From NCBI GenBank assembly GCA_002373045.1, contig DFHU01000022.1, forward strand, positions 8,077 to 72,076: a stretch of 64,000 nucleotides of DNA, read 5' to 3'. The notes below the pieces were generated by a model. It was given only the letters and a program-made list of their open reading frames with translations. It had not been told where the DNA came from and made no database searches. Position 1 is the stretch's first letter; every line of letters begins with the position of its first letter. This DNA comes from Selenomonas ruminantium (GTDB lineage Bacteria; Bacillota; Negativicutes; Selenomonadales; Selenomonadaceae). The position numbers and the translations under genes were made by a program. Below, in pieces: positions 38,347 to 48,075 of the stretch.

Positions 38347-39057
38347 ATGAGTTTTATGAGTATGTGGAACACGCTAAATAATTTAGGCTCCTTCCTCACT
38401 GGGGGGAACGGGAACCGGCGACAAATCATTTTGTCCTGCGACGGGGATAAATTTACAATCCCCGTCACACCCTCAAAATACGATGTGACTACCGGGCAGA
38501 ATAACCGGGTGGTCGATATTATTGATTTTGGGGAGGCGCAGTTATTTGGTAATCCGCAGGTTGTCAAATTATCTTTCTCATGTTTTTTTCCTAACCCTAT
38601 TCACGATTATCCTTTTGTTGTCGGCGATTCGCTGGAGCCTAGCGAGGCAGTCGAGAAGATAATCAAGTGGAAAGAGTCAAAAAAGCCCGTCCGGGTAATC
38701 ATCACGGATTCGCCGTTTAACCTCGCTATGGCCATAAATAAATTTACCTGGCGCGAGCAGGACGGCTCCCGGGATATCTATTACACGCTGGACTTTGTTG
38801 AGTGGAAAGACCTTAATACCCCGCTTGCCAACAATGAAAAGCAGGTGGACGGAAAAACAGGGCTCAAGCAAAGGAGTACCGCGAATATTCCGCCCAAGCC
38901 CAGCGCGATAAGTCGGACGCGGGATATTCTGGAGGCAAGCAAAAAGGCCTACGGCAACGTCAATAAATGGCGTAACCTTGCGAACGCTAACGGGCTGAAG
39001 AACTTGGCACTTAGGGAAACGCGCGGCCTCATCATCAAGAAAGGCGGCATAAAATGA
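38347..39057 (+). CDS. XkdP-like tail/baseplate protein
   Basis: IPVTPS, SFSCFFP, DIYYTLDFVEW. Confidence 0.8.
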   Translation: MSFMSMWNTLNNLGSFLTGGNGNRRQIILSCDGDKFTIPVTPSKYDVTTGQNNRVVDIIDFGEAQLFGNPQVVKLSFSCFFPNPIHDYPFVVGDSLEPSEAVEKIIKWKESKKPVRVIITDSPFNLAMAINKFTWREQDGSRDIYYTLDFVEWKDLNTPLANNEKQVDGKTGLKQRSTANIPPKPSAISRTRDILEASKKAYGNVNKWRNLANANGLKNLALRETRGLIIKKGGIK

Positions 39058-40061
39058 AAGTCTTTATATCTAAAACAGATATATCGCACCTGCTGACGCG
39101 CTGCACTTGGAGCGGTTCACGATTGCAGGTCGCCCGCCGTTTAGAGTTTGAGTTTGTTCAGGATGACCGCGACCCGAATATTCCGGTTATCGAGTTTGAA
39201 TGTGGCCACACTGTCCGGGGATACAATGACAAGGCAAAAGGTTCTGATGATACCGACAATATGGTGTTTATCGGCAACATATATAAGGTAGAACGCAGCC
39301 GGAAAAACGGCCGTGTTTCGGTGGTCGCCTATGACCACCTGCACGTGCTGGGCGTGTCTAAGACCACCCGGAAGTTCACCAACGTAAAACCCGAGGATAT
39401 AGCGGGCCAGATTTGCCAAGAACTCGGCGTGAAGGCGGGCACCTTCGCCAAGACGGATACACCAGTATCTTTTATCGCCAACGCTAAAACCGGGTATCAG
39501 ATTATCCAGTCAGCTTACTTCGAGGCAGGGAAAACCACCAAGAAGAAATACCACCCGATTATGAACGGCGACAAGCTGGATGTAATCGAGAAGGGCGAGC
39601 TTATCAAGGATAAAGATACCAATGAGAATTACACGGCAGATTCTTCTAGCAATATGCTGGACAGTGTTTACCGGGAAAGCATCGAAAAACTGATTAACCA
39701 AATATTGGTGGTCGATGACAAGGGGAACACGGTCAGCATACAAAAAGATGATGAGTCTATCAAAAAGTATTCGATGTTTCAGGATATCTATAAAACGGAT
39801 CCGAACAAGGACACCCAAACCGAGATTAAAGATATTCTGGAAAAGCACAAAATTGAACGCGGCGGCTCCATCATCGTACTGGGCGACTACCGGGTAAAAT
39901 CATCTTACTCCATCATCGTCAAGGATTCACTTTTCAAGGGCCAGTTTTGGATTAAAACTGACACTCATTCCTTCATTGACGGAAAACACGAGATGCGGTT
40001 GGAATTGGAATTTGAAAATGTGATGAACGAGGAGAAGGCTGAAAAGGAAAAGTCGAAATGA
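39054..40061 (+). CDS. XkdQ-like baseplate hub
   Basis: WSGS..ARRLEF..GQFWIKTDTHSF..HEMRLELEF. Confidence 0.85.
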   Translation: MKVFISKTDISHLLTRCTWSGSRLQVARRLEFEFVQDDRDPNIPVIEFECGHTVRGYNDKAKGSDDTDNMVFIGNIYKVERSRKNGRVSVVAYDHLHVLGVSKTTRKFTNVKPEDIAGQICQELGVKAGTFAKTDTPVSFIANAKTGYQIIQSAYFEAGKTTKKKYHPIMNGDKLDVIEKGELIKDKDTNENYTADSSSNMLDSVYRESIEKLINQILVVDDKGNTVSIQKDDESIKKYSMFQDIYKTDPNKDTQTEIKDILEKHKIERGGSIIVLGDYRVKSSYSIIVKDSLFKGQFWIKTDTHSFIDGKHEMRLELEFENVMNEEKAEKEKSK

Positions 40062-40076
40062 GGAGGTGGCAGATAA

Positions 40077-40499
40077 ATGGCAATGAGTAGCGATATACCC
40101 AGCGCGGAACAATCAGCGGCTATGCTGGTCAATCTGCAGCACCAAATAGCCCAAGAACATACGCCCTTGCTCCCCACAGTGGGGCGGGTAATTACCCCGC
40201 CGCCTAACTTATCCGTTCAATGGAACGATATTGTCATCACCAAGGAGCAGATTTATCTAAATGAATACTGGCTCCCGGGGCACACCCGAACCCACCGCGG
40301 GCATATCGTTTCGGAGACGCAGCCGCGCGCGGGCGGCGGTGGTTACGCCGAATTTGCGAGCCACACCCACGATATCGACAACGATTACACGGATTCCGAA
40401 ACCCTGACGGATACCCTAAAGCCCGGCGATTTTGTTTCCGTGTACCCACAGGACGGCGGTCAGCTTTTCATTATCGAAAGTAAGTTGGTGAAATTATGA
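40077..40499 (+). CDS. XkdR/DUF2577-like protein
   Basis: GRVITPPPNL..DTLKPGDFV. Confidence 0.75.
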   Translation: MAMSSDIPSAEQSAAMLVNLQHQIAQEHTPLLPTVGRVITPPPNLSVQWNDIVITKEQIYLNEYWLPGHTRTHRGHIVSETQPRAGGGGYAEFASHTHDIDNDYTDSETLTDTLKPGDFVSVYPQDGGQLFIIESKLVKL

Positions 40500-40924
40500 G
40501 TAGCGAATTTCCATTTGTGGGTAGTACCACAGTCATTGAAAGCGACGACCTGCCAACGCTTAAGGAATACGCCTGGAACTTTGAAACCGACAAATTTATC
40601 TACGACAACAATGGTAACCATGTGATTGTCGAGAAAAACGACGCCCTGGTCGTATGGATTTACAAGGCGCTCAAAACCGAGCGGTTTGATTATCTGGCCT
40701 ATTCATGGCAGTACGGCATAGAGCTAAAACCTTTTGTAGGTAAGGTTATGAGCGTGCAGGAGCGCTATTCCGAGCTAAAGAGAGTCATTACCGAGTGTCT
40801 TATGGTCAACCCTTACATCGTGAGTATAGATTCCTTCGAGTTCGACGAAAGCAAACACGGGGAACTTGCTCACCTGTCAATCGGGCTGACGTCAGTATAC
40901 GGGGAGGTGAATTTAGTTGTATAA
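40496..40924 (+). CDS. XkdS/DUF2634-like baseplate protein
   Basis: WIYKALKTERFDYLAYSWQYGIEL. Confidence 0.85.
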   Translation: MSSEFPFVGSTTVIESDDLPTLKEYAWNFETDKFIYDNNGNHVIVEKNDALVVWIYKALKTERFDYLAYSWQYGIELKPFVGKVMSVQERYSELKRVITECLMVNPYIVSIDSFEFDESKHGELAHLSIGLTSVYGEVNLVV

Positions 40925-41954
40925 CGCCAGAGAACAAGAAGATATTTTGACCGAGCTGCAGGATGCAAGCACCACCCCGGCAAGCAAAATCGAGGGCACT
41001 TTTGAAAATGACGTGCTCGCATCGAATTCGATTGAGTTTGCAAAAGTCGAGGTCGAGCTTGAACAGGCCTACAAAGCCGCGTTCGGTTCTACCGCTTGGG
41101 GCGAATATCTGACTATGCGGGCGGCGGAAGCGGGCATTGTCAGAAAAGAGGCGGTAAAGGCCATAGGCGAGGTTACCTTCACAGGTTCGGGCACGGTTCC
41201 CGCGGGTTCGCTTGTCGCTACTCTCGACGGCACCCAGTTCGCCACCACAGAGGCGGCGGTTATCGAAAGTAGTGGTATAGTCCCTGTCGAGGCGGTAACA
41301 GCTGGCGATAAAGGGAATGTGTCGGCAGGGACTATAACGGTTATCCCGCTGTCCATAGCAGGCATAACCGCGGTAAACAACGAGGCTGCTACTTATAACG
41401 GGTACGATGAGGAAGACGATGATACCCTGCGTGACCGATATCTGACACACGTCCGGTATCCGGGCACCAGCGGAAACCCGCGCCATTATATCGAGTGGGC
41501 GACGTCAATCCCCGGCGTGGGAGCCGCCCGCTGCATACGGGCGTGGGACGGCCCGGATACAGTAAAGGTCATTATCGTGGATAGCAATTATGAGGAAGCG
41601 AGCGCCGATTTGGTGCAAACAGTCTATGACTACATCGAAAGCGTCCGCCCGATAAATGCTATTTTGACAGTCGTTTCTGCCACGCCCTTGGCGGTCAATA
41701 TCGCCGCCAATACCACCGGTAGTCTCGACACGGAAGCCTTTGAAGCGGCGGTACGGAAGTATTTCGCCGAGCTGGAGAAAAAGAGCCTGACTGCAAATAC
41801 ATCCCGGTATGTGTCCATTGCGAAAATCGGCGCCCTGCTGCTGGATAACGGGGCGGATGATTATGACAGTCTGACGCTGAACGGGGCCGCCTCCAACGTA
41901 TCGTTTACGGAAAACGAATTACCATCATTAGGGACGGTGGTATTCAATGGTTGA
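40917..41954 (+). CDS. Baseplate J (XkdT-like)
   Basis: GYDEEDDDTLRDR, SGNPRHYIEWA, GPDTVKV. Confidence 0.9.
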   Translation: MYNAREQEDILTELQDASTTPASKIEGTFENDVLASNSIEFAKVEVELEQAYKAAFGSTAWGEYLTMRAAEAGIVRKEAVKAIGEVTFTGSGTVPAGSLVATLDGTQFATTEAAVIESSGIVPVEAVTAGDKGNVSAGTITVIPLSIAGITAVNNEAATYNGYDEEDDDTLRDRYLTHVRYPGTSGNPRHYIEWATSIPGVGAARCIRAWDGPDTVKVIIVDSNYEEASADLVQTVYDYIESVRPINAILTVVSATPLAVNIAANTTGSLDTEAFEAAVRKYFAELEKKSLTANTSRYVSIAKIGALLLDNGADDYDSLTLNGAASNVSFTENELPSLGTVVFNG

Positions 41955-42672
41955 TTATCAATTCTTACGGCTGGAAAAGCCCGATGTATTGCGGTACCTG
42001 CCCGCGTTTCTTGCCAAAGATGAGCACTTCAAGAAAATACAAGATGCCTTATCTATGGAACACGAAAAACAGCGGCAGGCGCTTATCGACTTAACGAAAC
42101 AATTTTTTGTTGACGACGCCACCTGGGGGCTGACGGCGTGGGAAAACATATATCAGACTAACCCGCCAAACGGGGCGAGACTGGAACTTCGCCGCGCCCT
42201 ACTCAAGGCCAAGATGATGGGAAACCGGACGATGACCAAGGCGAACTTAGAACTGCTGATCAATCAGTTTGTAGCCAATAAAGACGCCTACATCATCGAA
42301 GAAACTTCGGTCGGGTGTTTCAAAATCGTCATCCCGTCGCCCACGCCCTACTGGGATGACCTTCTCAATATGCTTATGGAGATGGTACCGGCTCATTTGG
42401 TTCTCGAAATAAGCTACGAAAAGGACTTCGCGACAAATACGATTTATCAGGGTGGTATCCTATCCACCCACAAAAAGCACGTTGTGGGCGTCGCGGCCCC
42501 GAACGACCAAAGTGTGGTTACCCCGCTTTTCGTTGGTTCGGCGCTATCGACTCACAAAAAATATGTTGTTGGTATGCAGCCACCAACGGGAAGCACGGCG
42601 CGCGGTACATATTACGCGAGCGGCGTTCTCGGGTGGCATAAAAAGTATACAGTTACCTTGAAGGAGGAATAA
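41947..42672 (+). CDS. XkdU/DUF2313-like tail protein
   Basis: QFFVDDATWGL..WE, VPAHL; three C-terminal HKK repeats. Confidence 0.8.
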   Translation: MVDYQFLRLEKPDVLRYLPAFLAKDEHFKKIQDALSMEHEKQRQALIDLTKQFFVDDATWGLTAWENIYQTNPPNGARLELRRALLKAKMMGNRTMTKANLELLINQFVANKDAYIIEETSVGCFKIVIPSPTPYWDDLLNMLMEMVPAHLVLEISYEKDFATNTIYQGGILSTHKKHVVGVAAPNDQSVVTPLFVGSALSTHKKYVVGMQPPTGSTARGTYYASGVLGWHKKYTVTLKEE

Positions 42673-42675
42673 AAC

Positions 42676-45291
42676 ATGTCTCACTGGGCAGGCGGCGTTT
42701 TGACAGCCGCAGGTAGAGAATTACAAGTAAAAGTAGAAGGCGGCGTAACATTAAAACTTACTAAAATCAAACTTGGTGACGGCACGGAAAGTATGGCTGC
42801 AGTTGATGGCATGGTTGACCTTATCAGCCCCAAAGCCGTACTCGGTATTAGTTCCGCGGTAGCAGAAGGCGACGTCTGCACGGTGACAGGCGTTTTGTCT
42901 GCAACGCAGTTATCTTCTGGCTTTTATTGTCGCGAGTGGGGCCTTTTTGCAGAAGACCCGGATGTTGGCGAAATTCTGTTTATGATTACGATTGATTCAC
43001 AGCCGGAATGGTTACCTGCTAGTACCGAAGCAGCAGAAGTAGCAGCAACTTATGCAATGAATGTCGCCGTAGCTAATGCAGAAAATATTGAAGTTAACAT
43101 CGACCCAGCCGGGCTGGTTGACGTTGACATGTTGAACAAACGGCTTGGCGGCGCCGACCGTGAAAAAGCATATACATCTGGCACGATTGTGTCGATGAAC
43201 GGCCTGCCTGCGCTTTATTATTTAAAGTGCATTACACCGGGAACGACCGCAGCAGTAACTCCGGTTATTCCGGCAAATGTTCAAATTGGAGACACCATCA
43301 CTGACGGAAATGTAATATGGCAGGTAATTGCAGCAGTAACCGATGAAGACTTGGCAACCACAAATTTGGCTCTTGCCGAATCAACAGGCTACGGCATAGT
43401 AAGCGGCTTGCAGGTAAAAGCACAATCCACGCCGAATATGACTGTATCAATCGAAGGAGGTACAGTACATATGAAAAACGGCACAAGAATAGTAATTGCG
43501 GCGATTGCGGCACTCACTATCGCCACGGCAGATGCAACCAATCCGAGAATTGATAGTATTTATGTAGATGGTACGGGCAACGTAGCGTATGCACAGGGGA
43601 CACCTGCAGCCACGCCTGTTGCACCCACACTAAGTACAGATGCGATTAAACTTGCAGATGTTAATGTTGCGGCTAATCAGTCGAGTGTTACAGATGCGAA
43701 TATTATTAGGAATGGCGAGGTAAAAGCTCGTTATCAAAATGCTGGGGTTGTTGATGTCAAAGATTTTGGCGCTAAAGGTGATGGGGTAACGGATGATACT
43801 GCGGCGATACAAGAAGCGATACGGGCGGCAGAATCTTTGTCGGTAAGCACACAAAATATGCATCGAGTATTTATCCCTGCTGGCGATTATGTGGTCAATG
43901 GTACGTTAGATATTAACATATCTAATGCCCAAATTTTAGGTACACCCGCAACGACAATTATCTTTACGCCGAATAACGCATCATCGGTATTATTTAATGT
44001 GCATGGCGTAGATGTAACTGCAAAGCGAGTGACTTATGCGATAGAATCAATATCATACTTAAAACTATATTCTACAGTTCCGCAACAGGGTATTGCGTTC
44101 AACATGGGAACAGCAGATAGTTTTGACTCTTATGGAACAAGCCCAATAACTGACCACGTTATTATTTCACGGTTTAATATTGCGTATTGCCATCATGCGA
44201 ATGTATACATGACAACATATAAGAACGTTAATGTATTAGAATGTAATACTTTTATCAAAATAGATACGGACGCAGCAAACTCTGGTGAGAAAATTATTAT
44301 AAGTGGTGGTTTTGTAAATGCACTTAATTATGCGTTTGATATTCAGCGTAATACTCACCAACTCTATATCGAAAATGTATCTTTTGATGCAGGGGCTTAT
44401 TTATTAAAAGCTTCCGGTTATACAGTTTCAAATCTCGAAACGTATGAATTTAATCAATGCCATTTTGAACCGAACACAAATCTGAGTAAGGATAAGCCGT
44501 ACATTTCGATTGAAGCCGACGGCGGCGGGACTGTTATTATGAATAATTGCACTCTCGTACATTTAGCAGATTGGACTGCTGATTTTGCATTTTTCATCGA
44601 CAACACAACGTCTGCACCATATTACTCTAAAATAATTCTAAATAACTGCGCGTTAGCTGTCGGAAATACTGCTACTAAATTCCTCTCGAATATGCACACT
44701 CATTTTTATAACGTGTCATGCACAAATAGACTGTTGGCAATTGCGCCAGAATCTATCTTTGCAAATGACGGAACAACTAATCATGACAAAATATCAATAA
44801 TTTATGAAAATGGAAATTGGCTATCGTTTGATGAATCGCGAATGTCAACATCAAATATTACGATTACTGCCGATTCTATAAATTATCCGACAGGAGTCGG
44901 TGCTGCAAATAAAAGTTGGAAAATTAAATTCAATGCAGATACAAACGGTGCGCGAATCTTGCTAACCGTACCCACGACTTATAAAAATTCATATCGCGGA
45001 AATATGCAGCTGTACATACCGACAGCGATTTCAGCGGGAACATTCACGCTAATGCGCGTAGCCGTAGCTAATACAAAAGTCGTTAATTACGGTGCAGGCC
45101 CGTTATCCAAAACAAATTGGTCTGATTTTTCAGCGGGCTCATGGACAAAAATAGGTGTATCTGATGCGTTCAGAGCTAATACCCCCGTGGCAGACGGCGT
45201 AGCTAAAATCGGGTATGCGCTTTTGCTTGAAGGGACAATACCCGCGGGTACCGAAATCTATGTATCTTCTGTGATGATGATGGGCTCATAA
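42676..45291 (+). CDS. Tail fibre/tailspike with pectate-lyase-like beta-helix
   Basis: N-terminal LTAAGREL..REWGLFAEDPD anchor; VKDFGAKGDGVTDDTAAIQEAI. Confidence 0.85.
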   Translation: MSHWAGGVLTAAGRELQVKVEGGVTLKLTKIKLGDGTESMAAVDGMVDLISPKAVLGISSAVAEGDVCTVTGVLSATQLSSGFYCREWGLFAEDPDVGEILFMITIDSQPEWLPASTEAAEVAATYAMNVAVANAENIEVNIDPAGLVDVDMLNKRLGGADREKAYTSGTIVSMNGLPALYYLKCITPGTTAAVTPVIPANVQIGDTITDGNVIWQVIAAVTDEDLATTNLALAESTGYGIVSGLQVKAQSTPNMTVSIEGGTVHMKNGTRIVIAAIAALTIATADATNPRIDSIYVDGTGNVAYAQGTPAATPVAPTLSTDAIKLADVNVAANQSSVTDANIIRNGEVKARYQNAGVVDVKDFGAKGDGVTDDTAAIQEAIRAAESLSVSTQNMHRVFIPAGDYVVNGTLDINISNAQILGTPATTIIFTPNNASSVLFNVHGVDVTAKRVTYAIESISYLKLYSTVPQQGIAFNMGTADSFDSYGTSPITDHVIISRFNIAYCHHANVYMTTYKNVNVLECNTFIKIDTDAANSGEKIIISGGFVNALNYAFDIQRNTHQLYIENVSFDAGAYLLKASGYTVSNLETYEFNQCHFEPNTNLSKDKPYISIEADGGGTVIMNNCTLVHLADWTADFAFFIDNTTSAPYYSKIILNNCALAVGNTATKFLSNMHTHFYNVSCTNRLLAIAPESIFANDGTTNHDKISIIYENGNWLSFDESRMSTSNITITADSINYPTGVGAANKSWKIKFNADTNGARILLTVPTTYKNSYRGNMQLYIPTAISAGTFTLMRVAVANTKVVNYGAGPLSKTNWSDFSAGSWTKIGVSDAFRANTPVADGVAKIGYALLLEGTIPAGTEIYVSSVMMMGS

Positions 45292-45603
45292 TCGGGGTGA
45301 CACAAATGAAAATTCGACTTCCGACCGTGGAAGTCATACCGAATAAATCGACATAAGGAGAAAACCAAAATGGACAAATACACAATAGCCAAAATCCGAC
45401 TTCCAACTATTATCCTTACCATGATTCTGCTCACAATATCAACACAAGTAAAATACCTGTTTAATATCGAAGTCAGAATATGAGCGGCCCCGGTATGTTC
45501 TTGAAGTGACCGAAGAAGATTTGAAGCAGGAAGAATCTGTAAAGGTTAAATTAGCATTTAAGCACTCAGTAATGGGTGCTTTTTTTATGCAAAGGAGGAC
45601 AGC

Positions 45604-45912
45604 ATGAAAAAACGAATATGTGCAATGATGGCGACGTTGATAATGATGCCGTATTTTTGCTATGCATCAGGTATAGGCCCGGACAAGTACCAGCATGCAG
45701 GAGCAGGTGCGGCTCTTAATCTTGGCTTGCAGGCAGCAGGCGTAAAAAAAGAAACAGCGTGGTGCATTGCTGGTGCAGTTTTTATAGGGAAAGAAATATA
45801 TGATGCTCGGCACCGTGACAGGCATACGCCAGAACTTGCTGATATTGGAGCAGATATGATTGGGCTTATCGCAAGTGAGGGCGTTATATGGATTTTACGT
45901 AAAGAATGGTAA
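45604..45912 (+). CDS. Hypothetical membrane/secreted protein (YfiM/VanZ-like)
   Basis: Signal-like N-terminus; DKYQH..GKEIYD..DIGAD. Confidence 0.6.
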   Translation: MKKRICAMMATLIMMPYFCYASGIGPDKYQHAGAGAALNLGLQAAGVKKETAWCIAGAVFIGKEIYDARHRDRHTPELADIGADMIGLIASEGVIWILRKEW

Positions 45913-45976
45913 ATGTCAAATTGCAGGGGGGAATTCGCAGGAGTTAATGCCCTGCATTTCTAAGGTGGTGGTCAAC

Positions 45977-46240
45977 ATGGAAATCATAAATACGGTAGCG
46001 CAGTCTGTAGTAATAGCAGGATTCCTCACAGGTGCTTTTTCGTACATTGTTTTAACGCCACTCAATAAAAGCATTGAGGGCTTGCGTACAATCGTGCAGG
46101 AGCTAAAAGATGAATTGCGCTACAGCGAACAGCGCAGACACGAACTACAGGAGCGTATCGCTAAAGTTGAAGTGAGTGCAGCAAGTGCTCATCATAGGCC
46201 GAATCACATTGATGATATTTTAGGAGGTGCGCACCAGTGA
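45977..46240 (+). CDS. Single-TM coiled-coil lysis-cassette protein
   Basis: N-terminal TM, coiled coil, SAHHR. Confidence 0.65.
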   Translation: MEIINTVAQSVVIAGFLTGAFSYIVLTPLNKSIEGLRTIVQELKDELRYSEQRRHELQERIAKVEVSAASAHHRPNHIDDILGGAHQ

Positions 46241-46428
46241 AACTAACGACAGACCTGGTAGCAGTCGGCGGCCTTAGCGTTGCATTGATTGCCGGCGTGT
46301 TCATGGGCGCTCCGTCAGAACTGCTGACAGGCATTGCAGGCGGGCTTAGCGGTTATCTGTCTAAGACCGCTGTTAATCATTTTGAAAATCCGCATGAGAT
46401 TGCGCGGGAGAACAAGGGGGAGAAATGA
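46237..46428 (+). CDS. Holin-like two-TM protein
   Basis: Two hydrophobic segments, charged tail. Confidence 0.6.
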   Translation: MKLTTDLVAVGGLSVALIAGVFMGAPSELLTGIAGGLSGYLSKTAVNHFENPHEIARENKGEK

Positions 46429-46593
46429 ATGGCTTAGCCTGGACAGAACTATACAACAAATTTGCCGCCTTTGCTTATGTAGCAAGGCGGCAGGGCTTTT
46501 ATGTGGGGCAGGTGCAGGAGATGGAGTACAGTCTATTTGAGATGTGCCCATTTCCGAGAAATTACAGGCCGGATAAGAAGGGAGCAAACACAA

Positions 46594-47205
46594 ATGAAGG
46601 TAATTGATATCAGTGCATGGCAGGAAAATGTAGACTGGCAAGCAGTCAAGGAGGCTGGCATCGAGGGCGTTATCTTGAAGATTGGCGAACATGGCCACCT
46701 AGATGATATGTTTGTGGATCATGTCAATAAGGCTGTGGAAAACGGCTTACAGTTTGGCGTTTATTACTTTGCTCATGCCTGCACCTACGATGAGGCTGTG
46801 GCTGAGGCTGATCAGGTGGTTGCATGGCTGAAAGAATATCTGAGAGGCGAAACCCCGCCGCTAGGTATTTGGTATGATGCAGAGTCAAAACGGATGCTTA
46901 ACGGTGATGTGACCGAGTGCTGCCGCGCTTTCATCAACCAGCTCACGAACTACGGGCACCAGTACAATGGTGTGTATGCGTCATGGAGCTGGCTGAGTGC
47001 CGAAAGTTCGCATTATATCCGTATCGAGGATTTGCCGGATTATGTGCCGTACTGGGTGGCAAACTATGGACAGGGCAACACATTTGAAACGGCTTGCAAG
47101 GATTACCTCAAAGAGGAATACCCGGACAACATTATCCGTATGCACCAATTTACGGATAACCTGGACGGATTTGGCTATGATGCCAACATTTATTATGAGG
47201 ATTAA
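46594..47205 (+). CDS. GH25 muramidase endolysin (catalytic domain only)
   Basis: VIDISAWQENVDW, GVYYF, WYDAE, WVANY, HQFT. Confidence 0.9.
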   Translation: MKVIDISAWQENVDWQAVKEAGIEGVILKIGEHGHLDDMFVDHVNKAVENGLQFGVYYFAHACTYDEAVAEADQVVAWLKEYLRGETPPLGIWYDAESKRMLNGDVTECCRAFINQLTNYGHQYNGVYASWSWLSAESSHYIRIEDLPDYVPYWVANYGQGNTFETACKDYLKEEYPDNIIRMHQFTDNLDGFGYDANIYYED

Positions 47206-47219
47206 GGGAGGAAAACGAC

Positions 47220-47411
47220 ATGAAAAAGACGCTGATTACCAAAGAGGCCCCCACCTTTGCACTCAAAGGGCAGGTGGCTGATATTCTCAAAAATTCAAAG
47301 TGCCCCAATGAGTCATTTACCAACACCTTTGGTGATGAATATATGGGCATGGATGATGAGCATGTATATATCGGCGCGCGTGCCGGTGTAGAAACGGAAA
47401 TCGAGTATTAA
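47220..47411 (+). CDS. Hypothetical protein
   Basis: GGAGG RBS. Confidence 0.55.
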   Translation: MKKTLITKEAPTFALKGQVADILKNSKCPNESFTNTFGDEYMGMDDEHVYIGARAGVETEIEY

Positions 47412-47426
47412 GAGGAGGAAACGGCA

Positions 47427-47705
47427 ATGAGCAAGTGGACGGGTTTACGGGATACGGTTGTGGATGCGCTGAAAGCTGACGAGGTTGGTAAGAGTCTCAA
47501 AGAGAGATTTATCAACTGGCTGACCACGGAGGGCATTGCATTGTTGGAAGCTGCCGCTGCTCGCATTATTGATGAGTGCAAAAAGGATGCACCCCAGGAA
47601 ACCGGGTGGTGTAAAATCCGTGATGCCTTTGCGGTGCCGGCGGCTATCAATATCGGCCTCTATGTGCTCAAAGTGGTACTGGAAAAAGCGGCAGCGGAAA
47701 GCTAA
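47427..47705 (+). CDS. Hypothetical protein, last phage gene
   Basis: GGAGG RBS; ETGWCKIRD; C-terminal hydrophobic helix. Confidence 0.65.
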   Translation: MSKWTGLRDTVVDALKADEVGKSLKERFINWLTTEGIALLEAAAARIIDECKKDAPQETGWCKIRDAFAVPAAINIGLYVLKVVLEKAAAES

Positions 47706-47879
47706 TGATATAAGGGTAGTGGCTTTATAATGGTGGCTTTGGTTTGGCCACCATTTTGGCCACCAAATTAGCAAAAACATACCGAAAACAAGAGTTTTTG
47801 AAAATGTTTGGATATCGCATACCCTTATTCTACAAGGCTTTACGAATATGATGAAAAAAAGAAATGCCGAATAATTCAC

Positions 47880-47896
47880 GCCGGGCATGATGTAAT
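47880..47896 (+). repeat. attR core (displaced groEL 3' end)
   Basis: GCCGGGCATGATGTAAT followed by terminator 47915-47943. Confidence 0.93.
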
Positions 47897-48075
47897 CACA
47901 TCTCCATAAAGCATAAGACTTTCCCCTGCGGGGGAAGGTTTTTGGTTGCAAGAATTGCATGTAAACTGTAGAATAATAATCGGATAGTTGGTAAAAAATT
48001 CATGCACAAAATTCGATAACGTGGTATACTAATAGGGCTTTCCAAAAGGAGAGCCTTATTTTATTTTGCTTTTTT

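Noticed and set aside
42676-47700. DGR or invertible tail-fibre locus
   Set aside because: No reverse transcriptase, no template/variable repeat pair and no invertase found
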